From assembly GCF_009734345.1 (NCBI RefSeq), contig NZ_CP032551.1:1710001-1742000 (forward strand): DNA of 32,000 bases, given 5' to 3'. The position numbers and the translations under genes are program-made. This stretch comes from Pseudidiomarina andamanensis (GTDB lineage Bacteria > Pseudomonadota > Gammaproteobacteria > Enterobacterales > Alteromonadaceae). The first letter of the stretch is position 1; each line of letters starts with the position of its first letter. This document shows positions 1 to 9,606 of this stretch, one piece after another. The notes under the pieces are model-generated. The model was not told the origin of the DNA, searched no databases, and saw only the letters and a program-made list of their open reading frames with translations.

Positions 1-260
1 TCTTTCTTGGCGAAGGTAGTGATGGCTACAGCCGTATCGGTCGTGTTCTCACTGCACAGTCGGTTCGTCGTTTGGGGTTGGGTCGCGAGCTAATGCAACG
101 CGCACTGGATGTTTGCCATACCTATACACCACAACTGCCAATTCGCTTAGGCGCCCAAGTGTATTTGCGCGCATTCTATGAAAGCTTTGGCTTTGTTGCC
201 ATTAGCGAAGAATACTTGGAAGACGACATTCCGCACATTGATATGGAACGTCAACCATGA
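1..260 (+). CDS. GNAT family N-acetyltransferase (ElaA-like), C-terminal fragment; 5' end lies outside the window
   Basis: Frame 3 is open from the window edge. The translation ...GRVLTAQSVRRLGLGRELMQRAL... carries the GNAT acetyl-CoA binding motif (R-x-x-G-x-G). The stop overlaps the next start (ATGA at 257-260). Confidence 0.6.
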   Translation, partial: FLGEGSDGYSRIGRVLTAQSVRRLGLGRELMQRALDVCHTYTPQLPIRLGAQVYLRAFYESFGFVAISEEYLEDDIPHIDMERQP

Positions 261-937
261 GCGACACCCCATCCGACAGCGCCTTCGTTCTTGAACAAAG
301 CGCGGAAGGGTTACAACTACGTTGGTTAGACCAACCAAAAATGCACCCGCTGCGCATTGATTTCTTAACTGGTAAAACCGCCTTTCGTGCGGCGCAAGCG
401 CGCATCAAAGATGAAGCCATTGCGCGTGCCTGTGGTCTTAGCAAACTAAAAAACCCAAGCATTTTAGACGCAACGGCAGGCCTAGGTCGCGATGCGCAAG
501 TGTTAGCACAATTAGGCGCAACCGTTGGCTTAAACGAACGCCACCCGATTGTGAAGCAGCTACTTGCCGACGCCTTAACACGGTTACATCAAGCCATGCC
601 AGAGTGGCAGCATCGGCTATACTTGGTAGACGTAAGCAGCTTAGACGACATTGAAGACGACAGCTTTGACGTGGTTTATTTGGACCCGATGTACCCTAAA
701 GGTGATCGCAAAGCCAAAGCAGCCGTAAAGAAAGACATGCAAATGTTTCAGCAGCTTGTCGGCGCCGATGAAGATGCCGATGAATTGTTGCAACCTGCGC
801 TACGAATAGCTCGTCAGCGGGTGGTGGTAAAGCGCCCCCAGCATGCTGACTTTTTAGCGGGTGTTTCGCCGCATGCCCAAGTGGTTAGCAAGAAACACCG
901 CTTTGACCTTTATTTTCCGGAGCAACATGATGATTAA
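257..937 (+). CDS. rsmJ: 16S rRNA (guanine1516-N2)-methyltransferase RsmJ
   Basis: 226 aa, collinear with E. coli RsmJ/YhiQ as I recall it. Shared motifs: ILDATAGLGRDA (SAM binding), VVYLDPMYP, VVVKRP, HRFD. Confidence 0.85.
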   Translation: MSDTPSDSAFVLEQSAEGLQLRWLDQPKMHPLRIDFLTGKTAFRAAQARIKDEAIARACGLSKLKNPSILDATAGLGRDAQVLAQLGATVGLNERHPIVKQLLADALTRLHQAMPEWQHRLYLVDVSSLDDIEDDSFDVVYLDPMYPKGDRKAKAAVKKDMQMFQQLVGADEDADELLQPALRIARQRVVVKRPQHADFLAGVSPHAQVVSKKHRFDLYFPEQHDD

Positions 938-1412
938 AACGAATGACAGAATTCCTGCTGGTACGCTAACTGCGCTTGGCGAAGTAGGTATGCAGCAATT
1001 TAACCCTGCTGAGTTATTTGCCAAAGGCACCCACGTGTTATTTGCCGTACCGGGCGCGTTCACTCCAACCTGTTCTGAAAAGCATTTACCAAGCTTTGTG
1101 AAGCACGCCAATGACTTGCGCGCGCAAGGCGTTCAAACCATTGCTTGCGTGGCGGTCAACGACGCTTTTGTGATGAAAGCTTGGGGCAAGGCGCTAAATG
1201 TTGATGATAGCGTGATGCTGCTTGCAGACGGCGATGCGTCGTATCACCAACAATTGGGTTTAATTAAAGAAACCGGCAGCTTTGGCGGTACCCGCGCTGA
1301 GCGATATGCCATGGTCATTACCGACGGCGTTATCACCCATTTGTTTGTTGAAGACGAGAAAACCTACGGCGTCAGTAGCGCTGAGCACGTGCTCGAAGCC
1401 CTGCAAGGTTAA
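927..1412 (+). CDS. Prx5-type (atypical 2-Cys) peroxiredoxin
   Basis: Has the PGAFTPTCS peroxidatic-Cys motif and a Prx5-like length. I chose ATG 927/930 (MMIKTND) because GGAG lies at 918-921. The ORF-track start at 861 would overlap rsmJ by 77 nt. Confidence 0.85.
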   Translation: MMIKTNDRIPAGTLTALGEVGMQQFNPAELFAKGTHVLFAVPGAFTPTCSEKHLPSFVKHANDLRAQGVQTIACVAVNDAFVMKAWGKALNVDDSVMLLADGDASYHQQLGLIKETGSFGGTRAERYAMVITDGVITHLFVEDEKTYGVSSAEHVLEALQG

Positions 1413-1416
1413 TGCC

Positions 1417-2607
1417 GTGTCGCAGTCTGTCGTACATGATGTGATTGTGATTGGGGCCGGCGCTGCTGGCCTGCATTGTGCGGCAACTGCAGCAAAGCGT
1501 GGTCGACGGGTACTGGTGCTCGATCACGCCAAGCAAGCCGGTAAGAAGATTTTGATCTCGGGCGGTGGTCGCTGCAATTTTACCAATATGTACGCCAGCC
1601 CCGAGAATTACCTCTCTGAAAATCCGCATTTTTGTAAATCGGCACTAAGCCGTTATACCCAGTGGGATTTCATTGGGTTAGTCAACGATTACGGTATTGC
1701 CTACCACGAGAAAACACTCGGGCAGTTATTTTGTGATAACAGTGCCAAAGATATCGTCAATATGTTGATGAAAGAGTGCAGCAAACACGGCGCCCACGTG
1801 CAATTACGCACCGAAGTATTAAGCGTCGAGCACACGGCTGATGGCTATGTGGTGAATACCTCGCAGGGATTGTTGCAAGCTGAAAAAATTGTTGTTGCTT
1901 GTGGCGGGTTATCCATGCCAAAACTCGGCGCAACCCCGCTCGGTTATCAGCTCGCCGAACAATTTGGTCACCGTATTGTGCCCGTGCGTGCAGGGTTAGT
2001 ACCGTTTACCCTGCATGAGACTGACAAGCAACGCTACGCCGAACTCTCTGGGCTCTCGGTTGATGTCGTTGCCAGTAATCAGCGCGCCAGCTTCAAAGAG
2101 GCCATGTTGTTCACCCATCGCGGCGTGTCAGGTCCTTCCATGCTACAAATTTCGTCATATTGGCACCCTGGCGAACCTGTAGAAGTCAATCTGCTTCCTA
2201 ACGAGGACGCGTTCGCTAAACTTAATGAGCTGCGCCAGAGCCGACCGCGGATGAGTTTACGCACCGCCGTTCAGGAATGGTTTCCCAAACGCCTTGCACT
2301 CACCTTGTGCGAGCAGTATCAGTGGCCGGATAAGAATCTTGCTGACTGCAATAATGCGCTACTTCAACAAGTTGCGGACACCCTGCACCAATGGCCCTTA
2401 AAGCCAAATGGCACGGAGGGCTACCGTACTGCAGAAGTCACTCTCGGTGGCGTTGATACCGACGAAGTGAGTTCGAAAACCATGGAAAGCCGCTTGCAAC
2501 CCGGCTTGTATTTCATTGGTGAAGTACTCGATGTCACCGGTTGGTTAGGTGGTTACAATTTCCAGTGGGCGTGGTCGAGCGGCTGGGTTTGCGGCGAGAG
2601 CGTTTAA
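1417..2607 (+). CDS. NAD(P)/FAD-dependent oxidoreductase, YhiN/HI0933 (BaiN-like) family
   Basis: N-terminal Rossmann motif DVIVIGAGAAGL, GGGRCNFTN, and a C-terminal GGYNFQWAWSSG motif typical of HI0933-like flavoproteins. I chose GTG 1417, just after the peroxiredoxin stop at 1412. The ORF-track start at 1282 lies inside the upstream gene. Confidence 0.8.
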   Translation: MSQSVVHDVIVIGAGAAGLHCAATAAKRGRRVLVLDHAKQAGKKILISGGGRCNFTNMYASPENYLSENPHFCKSALSRYTQWDFIGLVNDYGIAYHEKTLGQLFCDNSAKDIVNMLMKECSKHGAHVQLRTEVLSVEHTADGYVVNTSQGLLQAEKIVVACGGLSMPKLGATPLGYQLAEQFGHRIVPVRAGLVPFTLHETDKQRYAELSGLSVDVVASNQRASFKEAMLFTHRGVSGPSMLQISSYWHPGEPVEVNLLPNEDAFAKLNELRQSRPRMSLRTAVQEWFPKRLALTLCEQYQWPDKNLADCNNALLQQVADTLHQWPLKPNGTEGYRTAEVTLGGVDTDEVSSKTMESRLQPGLYFIGEVLDVTGWLGGYNFQWAWSSGWVCGESV

Positions 2608-2728
2608 CCCGCTTTATCACTGCAGCGAAAGAAAACGTCATGGTCTGTGATCTACGCAATTGTGCATTCAGTACTATACTCAACACTAAGAACTGTTTTC
2701 ATACTGCTTCACTCTGGAGAATTCCCCC

Positions 2729-3556
2729 ATGAAAAAGTCTATCGGTTTACTGTCTGCCCTGGCGCTATCCACCCTGTGTTCTCAAACCGTATTCGCGCAG
2801 GACGAAAAAGCGGCGCTAGTCCCGCTACCTTCACTTGACGATTTTACGCGGGGTGACGATGGTTGGGCGGTCGGCCTTGGCTTGGGTGTTGAATATGAAT
2901 CAGCGTATGAAGGTTCTGATGAATTCGGCTTCGAAATCGACCCTGCTGGCGCGGTACAATGGCGCACAGGTGACAATATCTTCTACTTCGCCGGTGAAGC
3001 GCTAGGTTGGCGCGGTCTTCGCGATGACGTCTGGTTGTTTGAAGCTACCGTGGGTTTCGATGAAGGCCGTGAAGAGGCTGATTCGGACGACGGCCGCTTG
3101 AATGGCCTCGGCGACTCAGATGAAGGAGCTGAATTTGTGCTGCAAGCGCGCCGTGCCTTTAATGCCGACTGGCGTTATTGGCTTGATGGTCGCATCATCG
3201 CGAGCGAAGACGGAAATCTCGGTTTGTTTGGCGTCGGTCGTCGTTTCGGTGAGCAAAACGATGGCACTGGTTCTGAATTAGCGGTTGTTGCCGTTTTTCA
3301 CGATAGCGATCGTGCCAATAAAGATTTCGGCATTACCGCCGCACAATCAACCGCATCAGGTCTACCTGCCACCAACTTAGATAGTGGCATTCGTTCGGTT
3401 GGGGTGCATTATAATTATCGTCAATATGTTGCCGAAAACTGGCTGATTTTCGTTGAAGGCCTTTATGAGCACTACCTGGGCGATGTTGCGGATAGCCCGA
3501 TTACCCGGAACAACTATGAAGCCGAATTAGGCGTCGGTTTCATCTACATATTCTAG
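2729..3556 (+). CDS. MipA/OmpV family outer-membrane protein
   Basis: Signal peptide MKKSIGLLSALALSTLCSQTVFA-QD, alternating beta-strand pattern, and a C-terminal aromatic residue (GVGFIYIF). It carries an acidic insert, EGREEADSDDGRLNGLGDSDEGAE. GGAG lies 9 nt upstream. Confidence 0.7.
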   Translation: MKKSIGLLSALALSTLCSQTVFAQDEKAALVPLPSLDDFTRGDDGWAVGLGLGVEYESAYEGSDEFGFEIDPAGAVQWRTGDNIFYFAGEALGWRGLRDDVWLFEATVGFDEGREEADSDDGRLNGLGDSDEGAEFVLQARRAFNADWRYWLDGRIIASEDGNLGLFGVGRRFGEQNDGTGSELAVVAVFHDSDRANKDFGITAAQSTASGLPATNLDSGIRSVGVHYNYRQYVAENWLIFVEGLYEHYLGDVADSPITRNNYEAELGVGFIYIF

Positions 3557-3617
3557 ATCACTCGACGTATCGCTCAGGCTAGCAAAGTTTAAGGGTACTC
3601 TGCATTCCTGAGCGAAT

Positions 3618-5009
3618 TTAAAGGGCGCGAGCGCGAAAGCGTTTGCCCTTAATTTTATCGTTATTGATGAGGTTGAGCGCGTGCTTGGCAGCGCCCTGTT
3701 CAACGGTAACAAACGCCCAATTACTCTGAACTTTAATTTTTCCAATGTGTTGCATGGTGAGCTTATTATCGCGCGTCAGTGCGCCAACAATATCACCAGG
3801 GCGTAATTTGTCTTTCTTGCCGCCACTTAACTGTAACGTCACCCAGTCCGATTGCAGTGGTTTGCTCGCTGCTGGTGCAGTCGGTAATGGCTGCAACTGA
3901 ATCGGCTTGGCAAAATCATCTTCCAACAGACGCAACTTGTAGTCATCTTGAGCACCCACTAGGGTTATTGCGAGCCCTTCGGCGCCAGCACGACCGGTAC
4001 GACCAATGCGGTGGGTATGGGTGTCAAGATCATGGGCAATATTCACGCTAATTACCAAATCGAGTTCGGCAATATCAAGCCCGCGGGCCGCAACATCTGT
4101 CGCCACCAACACGCGAGCACTGCCGTGACTAAATTGCACCATGGTTTGATCACGATCTTTCTGTTCAAGGTCACCATGTAGCGCGAGCGCACTAAAGCCT
4201 TTGCCAATAAGCTTATCCGCTATTCGCTGTGCTTCCGCTTTGGTATTGCAGAACACCATGCAGTTTTGTGGCTGCTGGTTCAATAAGATTTGCTGCACCG
4301 CATACGCCGAATCGGTGTCATCTAATTGGTAAAACACTTGGCTTATTTTAGCTTGAGTTGGCGCTTCAGCTACTTTGAGCAGTTGCGCATTCTTCGATAC
4401 TTGTTCAGCTAACTGTTTAATACCCTTTGGATAAGTCGCACTAAATAAAAGGTTCTGACGGGAATTCGGCGTTTTCGCGACAATTGCACGAAGCTCATCT
4501 TGAAAGCCCATTTCGAGCATTCTATCGGCTTCGTCTAGCACTAATGTTTGCAGCTTGGCGAAGTTCAGACGGTTTTGATTCACATGATCAAGTACACGCC
4601 CAGGCGTTCCTACCAATACATGAGCACCGTGCTCTAACGAGGTTATTTGGTGCCGTGTTGGTACCCCGCCACAAAGCGTCAATACCTTTAAGTTCGCCAT
4701 GTTCTTGGCGAGCTTACGAATCGCTTCAGCCACCTGCTCAGCCAGCTCGCGGGTTGGGCACAGTACTAAGGCTTGTGGCGCAAATTCAGTCACATCAAGT
4801 TTGGCGAGTATTCCCAAAGCAAATGCGGCGGTTTTGCCGGATCCTGTTTGTGCCTGTACCACCACATCATCACCGCGCAGTATCAACGGCAAACTCATCG
4901 CTTGAACCGGTGTCATCTGCTGATAACCTGCCTCGTTTAAGCTTTTGAGAAGCTCGTCATTAAGACCGACTTCTGAAAATTGTTGGATGACCGGCGTTGT
5001 GTTTGACAT
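3618..5009 (-). CDS. dbpA: ATP-dependent RNA helicase DbpA (DEAD-box helicase with a C-terminal DbpA RNA-binding domain)
   Basis: Motifs: Q motif, AQTGSGKT, PTRELA, DEAD (LDEADRML), SAT, HRIGRTGRAG, and a C-terminal RRM-like tail (GKKDKLRPGDIVGAL...). I chose the start at M17 (MSNTTPV). Confidence 0.85.
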   Translation of the reverse strand: MSNTTPVIQQFSEVGLNDELLKSLNEAGYQQMTPVQAMSLPLILRGDDVVVQAQTGSGKTAAFALGILAKLDVTEFAPQALVLCPTRELAEQVAEAIRKLAKNMANLKVLTLCGGVPTRHQITSLEHGAHVLVGTPGRVLDHVNQNRLNFAKLQTLVLDEADRMLEMGFQDELRAIVAKTPNSRQNLLFSATYPKGIKQLAEQVSKNAQLLKVAEAPTQAKISQVFYQLDDTDSAYAVQQILLNQQPQNCMVFCNTKAEAQRIADKLIGKGFSALALHGDLEQKDRDQTMVQFSHGSARVLVATDVAARGLDIAELDLVISVNIAHDLDTHTHRIGRTGRAGAEGLAITLVGAQDDYKLRLLEDDFAKPIQLQPLPTAPAASKPLQSDWVTLQLSGGKKDKLRPGDIVGALTRDNKLTMQHIGKIKVQSNWAFVTVEQGAAKHALNLINNDKIKGKRFRARAL

Positions 5010-5072
5010 GGTGGGGTTCTTCTTGATCGGAAAATGAGGCGCAATTATAACAGACATGTACTGATTAATTGC

Positions 5073-5759
5073 TTAGATTTCTCGAATGGCGTGAGCCCAT
5101 AGCTTGGCCGCTTTCGGCGATGGGTGGAAACCATCCTCTGCCATATAATCGGGCTCAAATGGAAAATTCAATGCGAGATACTCACACTCATTTTGTTCGC
5201 AGTGACGTTGCAATGCGTTATCTAAACGGCGAGCCTGCTGGCCAATAAACCAACGCAGCGGCTGCGGCAATGCAGGAAATTTATGCATGGGTGGCAATGC
5301 CGTAAACACAATACGCTTTGCACCGCGTTGTTCCCGCAAATGCTGTGTGAGCGCTTGTAAATCATGACGCCAATTGATGAGCGAGGTACGCCGAGTCACA
5401 TCATTCACCCCTGCCGAAATTAATACCAAATCAAATGGCTCGGTCTCAGGTTGTTGCTGCGCTAACTTTAAAATACCCGCACAAGTTAAACTTGATTGCG
5501 CCCATAATTGCCAATGCACTTGATACTGTTCTGCCGCTCTGGCAACCAAATGACCACACACCGCTTCGTCTTGTGTAGCACAACCAACGCCTGCAGCAGC
5601 AGAGTCGCCAAGAACAAGTAATCGAAAATGGTTACTTTCACCCTGAACACCCGCACGAGCGCCTGTCGCTTCAGGCAAACGTAAGGTATTTTTGCGTACT
5701 TGCCGTCCTTGCCATATCAGCAAGGGCGCCAGTAGAACTATTGCGAGTTTCTGTAACAT
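5073..5759 (-). CDS. SGNH/GDSL hydrolase family protein with an N-terminal membrane anchor or signal
   Basis: Block I LVLGDSAAAGVG, block III GVND, and a C-terminal D-x-x-H (EDGFHPS). It begins 14 nt after the upstream DsbA-like gene ends. Confidence 0.7.
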   Translation of the reverse strand: MLQKLAIVLLAPLLIWQGRQVRKNTLRLPEATGARAGVQGESNHFRLLVLGDSAAAGVGCATQDEAVCGHLVARAAEQYQVHWQLWAQSSLTCAGILKLAQQQPETEPFDLVLISAGVNDVTRRTSLINWRHDLQALTQHLREQRGAKRIVFTALPPMHKFPALPQPLRWFIGQQARRLDNALQRHCEQNECEYLALNFPFEPDYMAEDGFHPSPKAAKLWAHAIREI

Positions 5760-5772
5760 TGATTACTTCACA

Positions 5773-6501
5773 TTACTGCGCGACGGCTTGTTGAACAACT
5801 TGTTTCAACTCAGCATATTCAACGTAACCTGGAATGGTTTGTCCGCCAACCATAATTGCCGGCGTTCCACGCAATTGAAAATCAGAGAATACCCGATAGT
5901 TACGCTCAATAATGGTTGGCGTCGCCTTCGGGCTATCTAATTGCGAGCGGGTTCCGGTTTTACGCGCAATTTGTTCGAGCGATTTACCGGTATGCAGACC
6001 GTTCTTTTTATAGAGTAGTTCATGCACTTCAGCAAACTGCTCACGCTGATTCTGCCATACATTCAAGGCAAAGTTTGCTGGGTTCAAGTTGCCCCCCTGT
6101 ACACTTTGCTGACGCAGTGGTACCAATACATTAATCACTTTCACTTGTGGAAATTCTTCCACCAACTTCTGCAAGTGCGGCTCTAAACGTTTGCAGTATG
6201 GGCAATCATAATCTGTAAAGACAATAACCGGCACAGAGCCATTCTCAGCGCCAAACCATGGGTGTGCATCATCGTTATCAAGTAGCCACTTACCGTGATC
6301 ACGCTGCGCCTGCTCGGCCGTTTTTTTGCTTGCAATGTATTGCTGCAAGCTATTTAACACACTTGGAATAACTTCTGGGTTTTGCTTCAGTAACTCGTTA
6401 ATTTGCTCAAGTTGCTGGGTTTGATTTCCTGCTTGTTGTGCACTCGCGGCTGCGCTGACAACAAACAATATCGAAAATACTGTGCTTAAAAGGTACTTCA
6501 T
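5773..6501 (-). CDS. Periplasmic DsbA-family thiol:disulfide oxidoreductase (ScsC/DsbG-like)
   Basis: Signal peptide MKYLLSTVFSILFVVSAAASA-QQ, active site CPYC (DYDCPYCKRL), and a cis-Pro loop (GTPAIMV). The start at M17 overlaps the upstream stop. Confidence 0.75.
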   Translation of the reverse strand: MKYLLSTVFSILFVVSAAASAQQAGNQTQQLEQINELLKQNPEVIPSVLNSLQQYIASKKTAEQAQRDHGKWLLDNDDAHPWFGAENGSVPVIVFTDYDCPYCKRLEPHLQKLVEEFPQVKVINVLVPLRQQSVQGGNLNPANFALNVWQNQREQFAEVHELLYKKNGLHTGKSLEQIARKTGTRSQLDSPKATPTIIERNYRVFSDFQLRGTPAIMVGGQTIPGYVEYAELKQVVQQAVAQ

Positions 6502-7007
6502 AACTTCTCCAATTTTTGCATCAATTGCGCCCACTTCAGACGCAACCATAAACCAGCCGGCGTTGATGCACCGGTGGTATACGAAACAATCTCGCCGTCG
6601 GCAATAATCACGACCGTTGGGGTCGCGTTAATTTGCCAACGACGTGCTAATTCACCGGTATTATCGTTTACTGTCGCAAACTGATAATCGTGGTGCCGCA
6701 AATAGCTGTTTACCCGGGCATCATTGCCAGAGCGAATAGCGATACTCATCACCTCATGATCACCGTCAAGCCAGTTGATGGATGGCGAAACCCAATCACA
6801 CACAGGGCACCAGGTTGCCCAAAAGTACAATAAGACGGGTTGTTCATGACTGCGCGCGAGAACATCGTGCTGCTGTTCTTCAATCGTGACGACTGAAAGC
6901 GCATCAATTGGGCCGGATGGCAAACCACGACTGCGCCAGCTATCCACCGCAAAACTTATGGCAATAAAAATGGCAAGATAAACGGCTAATTGCTTAAGGA
7001 ATTTCAT
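6498..7007 (-). CDS. Membrane-anchored TlpA/ResA-like thioredoxin (ScsD-like)
   Basis: One N-terminal TM helix, then a thioredoxin fold with WATWCPVC. It is translationally coupled to both neighbours by 4-nt overlaps. Confidence 0.75.
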   Translation of the reverse strand: MKFLKQLAVYLAIFIAISFAVDSWRSRGLPSGPIDALSVVTIEEQQHDVLARSHEQPVLLYFWATWCPVCDWVSPSINWLDGDHEVMSIAIRSGNDARVNSYLRHHDYQFATVNDNTGELARRWQINATPTVVIIADGEIVSYTTGASTPAGLWLRLKWAQLMQKLEKL

Positions 7008-9076
7008 TGGCGTGCCTGCTCAATTGCTTCAAGTACAGCGTTATCGGTTAGTATCACTGGCAACGCAATACCATTCGGTGCCCCGGGCCCATATACTTGA
7101 TTAAATGGCACGCCGTAACGGTTATAGCTACGCAAATAGTCGGTGATTTGCTCACTTGGCCGCGTCCAGTCGCCCTGCATAAGCACGATATCATCCGAGC
7201 GCAAAGCACTCGCTACCGGCTCTTGTAACAACACACCAATTTTATTCGCTTTGCAGGTCACACACCAATCAGCAGTAACATCCACAAATACCACTTTGCC
7301 TTGGGTAACTGCGTTGGCAATGGCGTTTGGCTGCAGTGGCTGCCAAGCATGTTCCTCTAGCTGCTTCGGATGGCTCGTCCAACTACTGAGTAGCAAGCCA
7401 ACACCGCTCAGCAACACCGTGACAGCGATGGCACCAATCACGCCCGCTTGCCCGAATCGACGGTAGGCTAATACCAGCGCCACTACCACAAATACGGCAA
7501 CAATGAATGCGAACACGCCAGTGCTGACATGGTTGCTTAGCAAGCTAATTAGCCATGCTGTGGTCAGCAACAATAGCAACGCAAATATCCGATTCACCCA
7601 TTTTAACCATGGGCCGGGTTTGGGGAGCTTCATTGCCACGCTTGGCCATACCGCAACGGCTAGCCATGGCAAAGCCATACCCGCGCCTAGGGCCACAAAA
7701 ATAAGCAGAAGCTGTACGTTTGACGCCGCTAAGGCAAACGCGACGGCTGTGCCTAGAAACGGCGCAGTGCAAGGCGTTGCTAGCAAGGTGGCGAACATAC
7801 CTTGAATGAAGTGCCCGAGTGTTGATTGGTCACCGCGGGTAGCTACCCACTGCTGCATACCCTGCGGCAGTTGAATGGTCCATAAACCACTCACGGAGAG
7901 AGCAAACAGGCCAATCACCAATGCCATGCCCCCAATAAAATACGGGTTCTGAAACTGAATGCCCCAACCAATGGCGTGTCCACCTAGCTTCAGTAGCATC
8001 AACATGACTGCCAGAATGACAAACGAGGTAATAATGCCAAGTGCGGAAGCGATAAATTGACGACGTACCTGACCACGCCCACGCTCAGCAATAATTACCG
8101 ACTGTAGTTTTAATCCTAGTACCGGTAACACACATGGCATGATATTTAGGATCAAACCGCCCAGCAACGCAAGTGGCAGCATCATCCACCAGCTTGTTGA
8201 CTCCGCAGGTTGCTGCACGCTACCCGCAATCGCTTCGGCGCTCATTTCTGCACGAATCAGCTTATCCGCTATGGTCACCTGGAGTGTCTCTCCAGTTAAT
8301 TCAGGCTGTTCGAGCCAATGCGAAATTGCAAACCGAGCGGTTAACTCATTGCCTTGTTTCTGCTGCTCTAATAACGCAATAGTGAGATCAGCATAATCGT
8401 CACGCAAACTATCCACAAAAATACGTGGTTGTTGCCATTGCTTAGTATTCGTCACCGTCACCGCTAACTGTTGCTGCGACGCCGACCAAACCATTTCCGA
8501 CACGCTAAGCTGTGGGTGATCACGATGCGGCAACGCACTTTGCGCTTGTTCATAGGCAAATAGCGCATCCATGTCGGCATTCAACTCACTTGGCATAAAG
8601 TTGAGAGCGAGTGGAAAGTCAGAAATTACGCAAATATTGGTACAGCTGGCTAAGGTCAGTAACCCTTGCAAGCTAACTGGCTGTTGCCAATCTGCCACGC
8701 TAATTTGCAGCGGGAAATTGATATCGCCTTGGTAACCTACCGTTTCGATGCCCTGCACGTCAAAACGTTCAGGCACTGGAAAGCGCCAAGAAATATCAGT
8801 GATATTACTGGAATCAGCTTGCCATGCCAGTTGCGGGGGCACGCCACCTTCACCGGGCGTTCGCCAATAGGTTTTCCAATCATCCGCGAGCTTTACCTGC
8901 AATAAGGCAGTTACTTGCTGTTGTTCAGAATTGGTTTTTCCCGGAATTAGCAACCGCACCTGAACTGGTGGGTGCTCTTCAAGTTGAATCCAGTCCGTCG
9001 CAACTTGAGCTTGGGCGCTAGCACTTAGCAGCCACAGCAGCATCGCAGCCAACCAGATTTTTGAAATGTATTTCAT
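7004..9076 (-). CDS. DsbD-family protein-disulfide reductase (ScsB-like): three domains, namely N-terminal periplasmic, CcdA-like TM core and C-terminal thioredoxin
   Basis: 690 aa with a signal peptide. N-domain Cys pair SCTNIC, TM-core cysteines in IMPCVLPV and ATPCTAPF, and a C-terminal thioredoxin WCVTCK. Confidence 0.85.
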   Translation of the reverse strand: MKYISKIWLAAMLLWLLSASAQAQVATDWIQLEEHPPVQVRLLIPGKTNSEQQQVTALLQVKLADDWKTYWRTPGEGGVPPQLAWQADSSNITDISWRFPVPERFDVQGIETVGYQGDINFPLQISVADWQQPVSLQGLLTLASCTNICVISDFPLALNFMPSELNADMDALFAYEQAQSALPHRDHPQLSVSEMVWSASQQQLAVTVTNTKQWQQPRIFVDSLRDDYADLTIALLEQQKQGNELTARFAISHWLEQPELTGETLQVTIADKLIRAEMSAEAIAGSVQQPAESTSWWMMLPLALLGGLILNIMPCVLPVLGLKLQSVIIAERGRGQVRRQFIASALGIITSFVILAVMLMLLKLGGHAIGWGIQFQNPYFIGGMALVIGLFALSVSGLWTIQLPQGMQQWVATRGDQSTLGHFIQGMFATLLATPCTAPFLGTAVAFALAASNVQLLLIFVALGAGMALPWLAVAVWPSVAMKLPKPGPWLKWVNRIFALLLLLTTAWLISLLSNHVSTGVFAFIVAVFVVVALVLAYRRFGQAGVIGAIAVTVLLSGVGLLLSSWTSHPKQLEEHAWQPLQPNAIANAVTQGKVVFVDVTADWCVTCKANKIGVLLQEPVASALRSDDIVLMQGDWTRPSEQITDYLRSYNRYGVPFNQVYGPGAPNGIALPVILTDNAVLEAIEQARQ

Positions 9077-9151
9077 AAAGTTATCTCATGTATTCATGGG
9101 TACTTATTGCACATATAAACGATGTGCGCACAGAGTTAATTGATGTCTGTG

Positions 9152-9520
9152 TTATTCATTGAATACACAAAATAGAAGGTGGGGACGACGTCGCCGATAA
9201 CTTGGCGGCGCCTGTGCATAGCCAACAAAAAAGTGGCGGATAATAATCAGTAAGGTAATGCCGACAAATAACGATACCGCAGCGCCACCATCCAAAATAT
9301 TAAAGTGCGCTTGTTGCAATAATTGCGATGAGCTATCGCACTCGGCCACCACCACCGTGTTATTGATATCACCAGCCGTACTAGCTTGGTTATGATGCTG
9401 CGACTGCGGGCAGCTTGCCGCTACCCAACCACTTTGTTGGCCCCAACACAAAAACAGCACGCAAAATACCGCCATGAGGGCGGTATAAGCTCGTTTTTTG
9501 TCAGCACCAAATCGCAACAT
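9152..9520 (-). CDS. Hypothetical small membrane protein (2 predicted TM segments; Cys- and His-containing loop)
   Basis: 122-aa ORF with hydrophobic stretches ALMAVFCVLFLCW and AAVSLFVGITLLIII. The loop holds CPQSQHH and ECD. It occupies the position of scsA relative to the scsB-like gene. I recognise no family with confidence. Confidence 0.4.
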   Translation of the reverse strand: MLRFGADKKRAYTALMAVFCVLFLCWGQQSGWVAASCPQSQHHNQASTAGDINNTVVVAECDSSSQLLQQAHFNILDGGAAVSLFVGITLLIIIRHFFVGYAQAPPSYRRRRPHLLFCVFNE

Positions 9521-9533
9521 AAACCTCGTAACT

Positions 9534-9606
9534 CGTTATTCGTTGTTCCTTATCGGTTATTCGTGGTTTGCTTTTTCGAGTAACGAATAACGATTATCGA
9601 ATAACG
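9534..9606. repeat. 2+2 inverted array of a 9-mer (CGTTATTCG x2 / CGAATAACG x2) that could form a long imperfect hairpin
   Basis: CGTTATTCG at 9534-9542, GGTTATTCG at 9555-9563, CGAATAACG at 9584-9592 and at 9598-9606. It sits between the SDR stop (9610) and the start of the small membrane protein (9520). Confidence 0.6.

Noticed and set aside
147-462. Minus-strand ORFs 147-338 and 202-462 from the ORF track
   Set aside because: They lie antisense to the well-supported GNAT and rsmJ genes. I recognised no motifs and saw no RBS, so they are typical shadow ORFs. The same reasoning applies to the other short antisense or off-frame ORFs in the track, including 854-1111, 1372-1629, 3779-4051, 4484-4948, 7143-7805, 8139-9021, 10063-10269, 10607-10831, 12246-12672, 12900-13172, 18019-18623, 20075-20332, 25313-26451, 28259-28537 and 29072-29519.
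1282-1416. N-terminal extension of the YhiN-type flavoprotein ORF (and similarly 861-926 for the peroxiredoxin)
   Set aside because: The extensions overlap the 3' ends of the upstream genes in another frame and precede the conserved N-termini. For the flavoprotein, the Rossmann motif starts right after GTG 1417. Internal starts give tight, plausible gene junctions.
3571-3614. Inverted repeat CGCTCAGG ... CCTGAGCG between the convergent mipA-like and dbpA genes
   Set aside because: An 8-bp stem with a 28-nt loop and no flanking U-tract is not convincing as a terminator.
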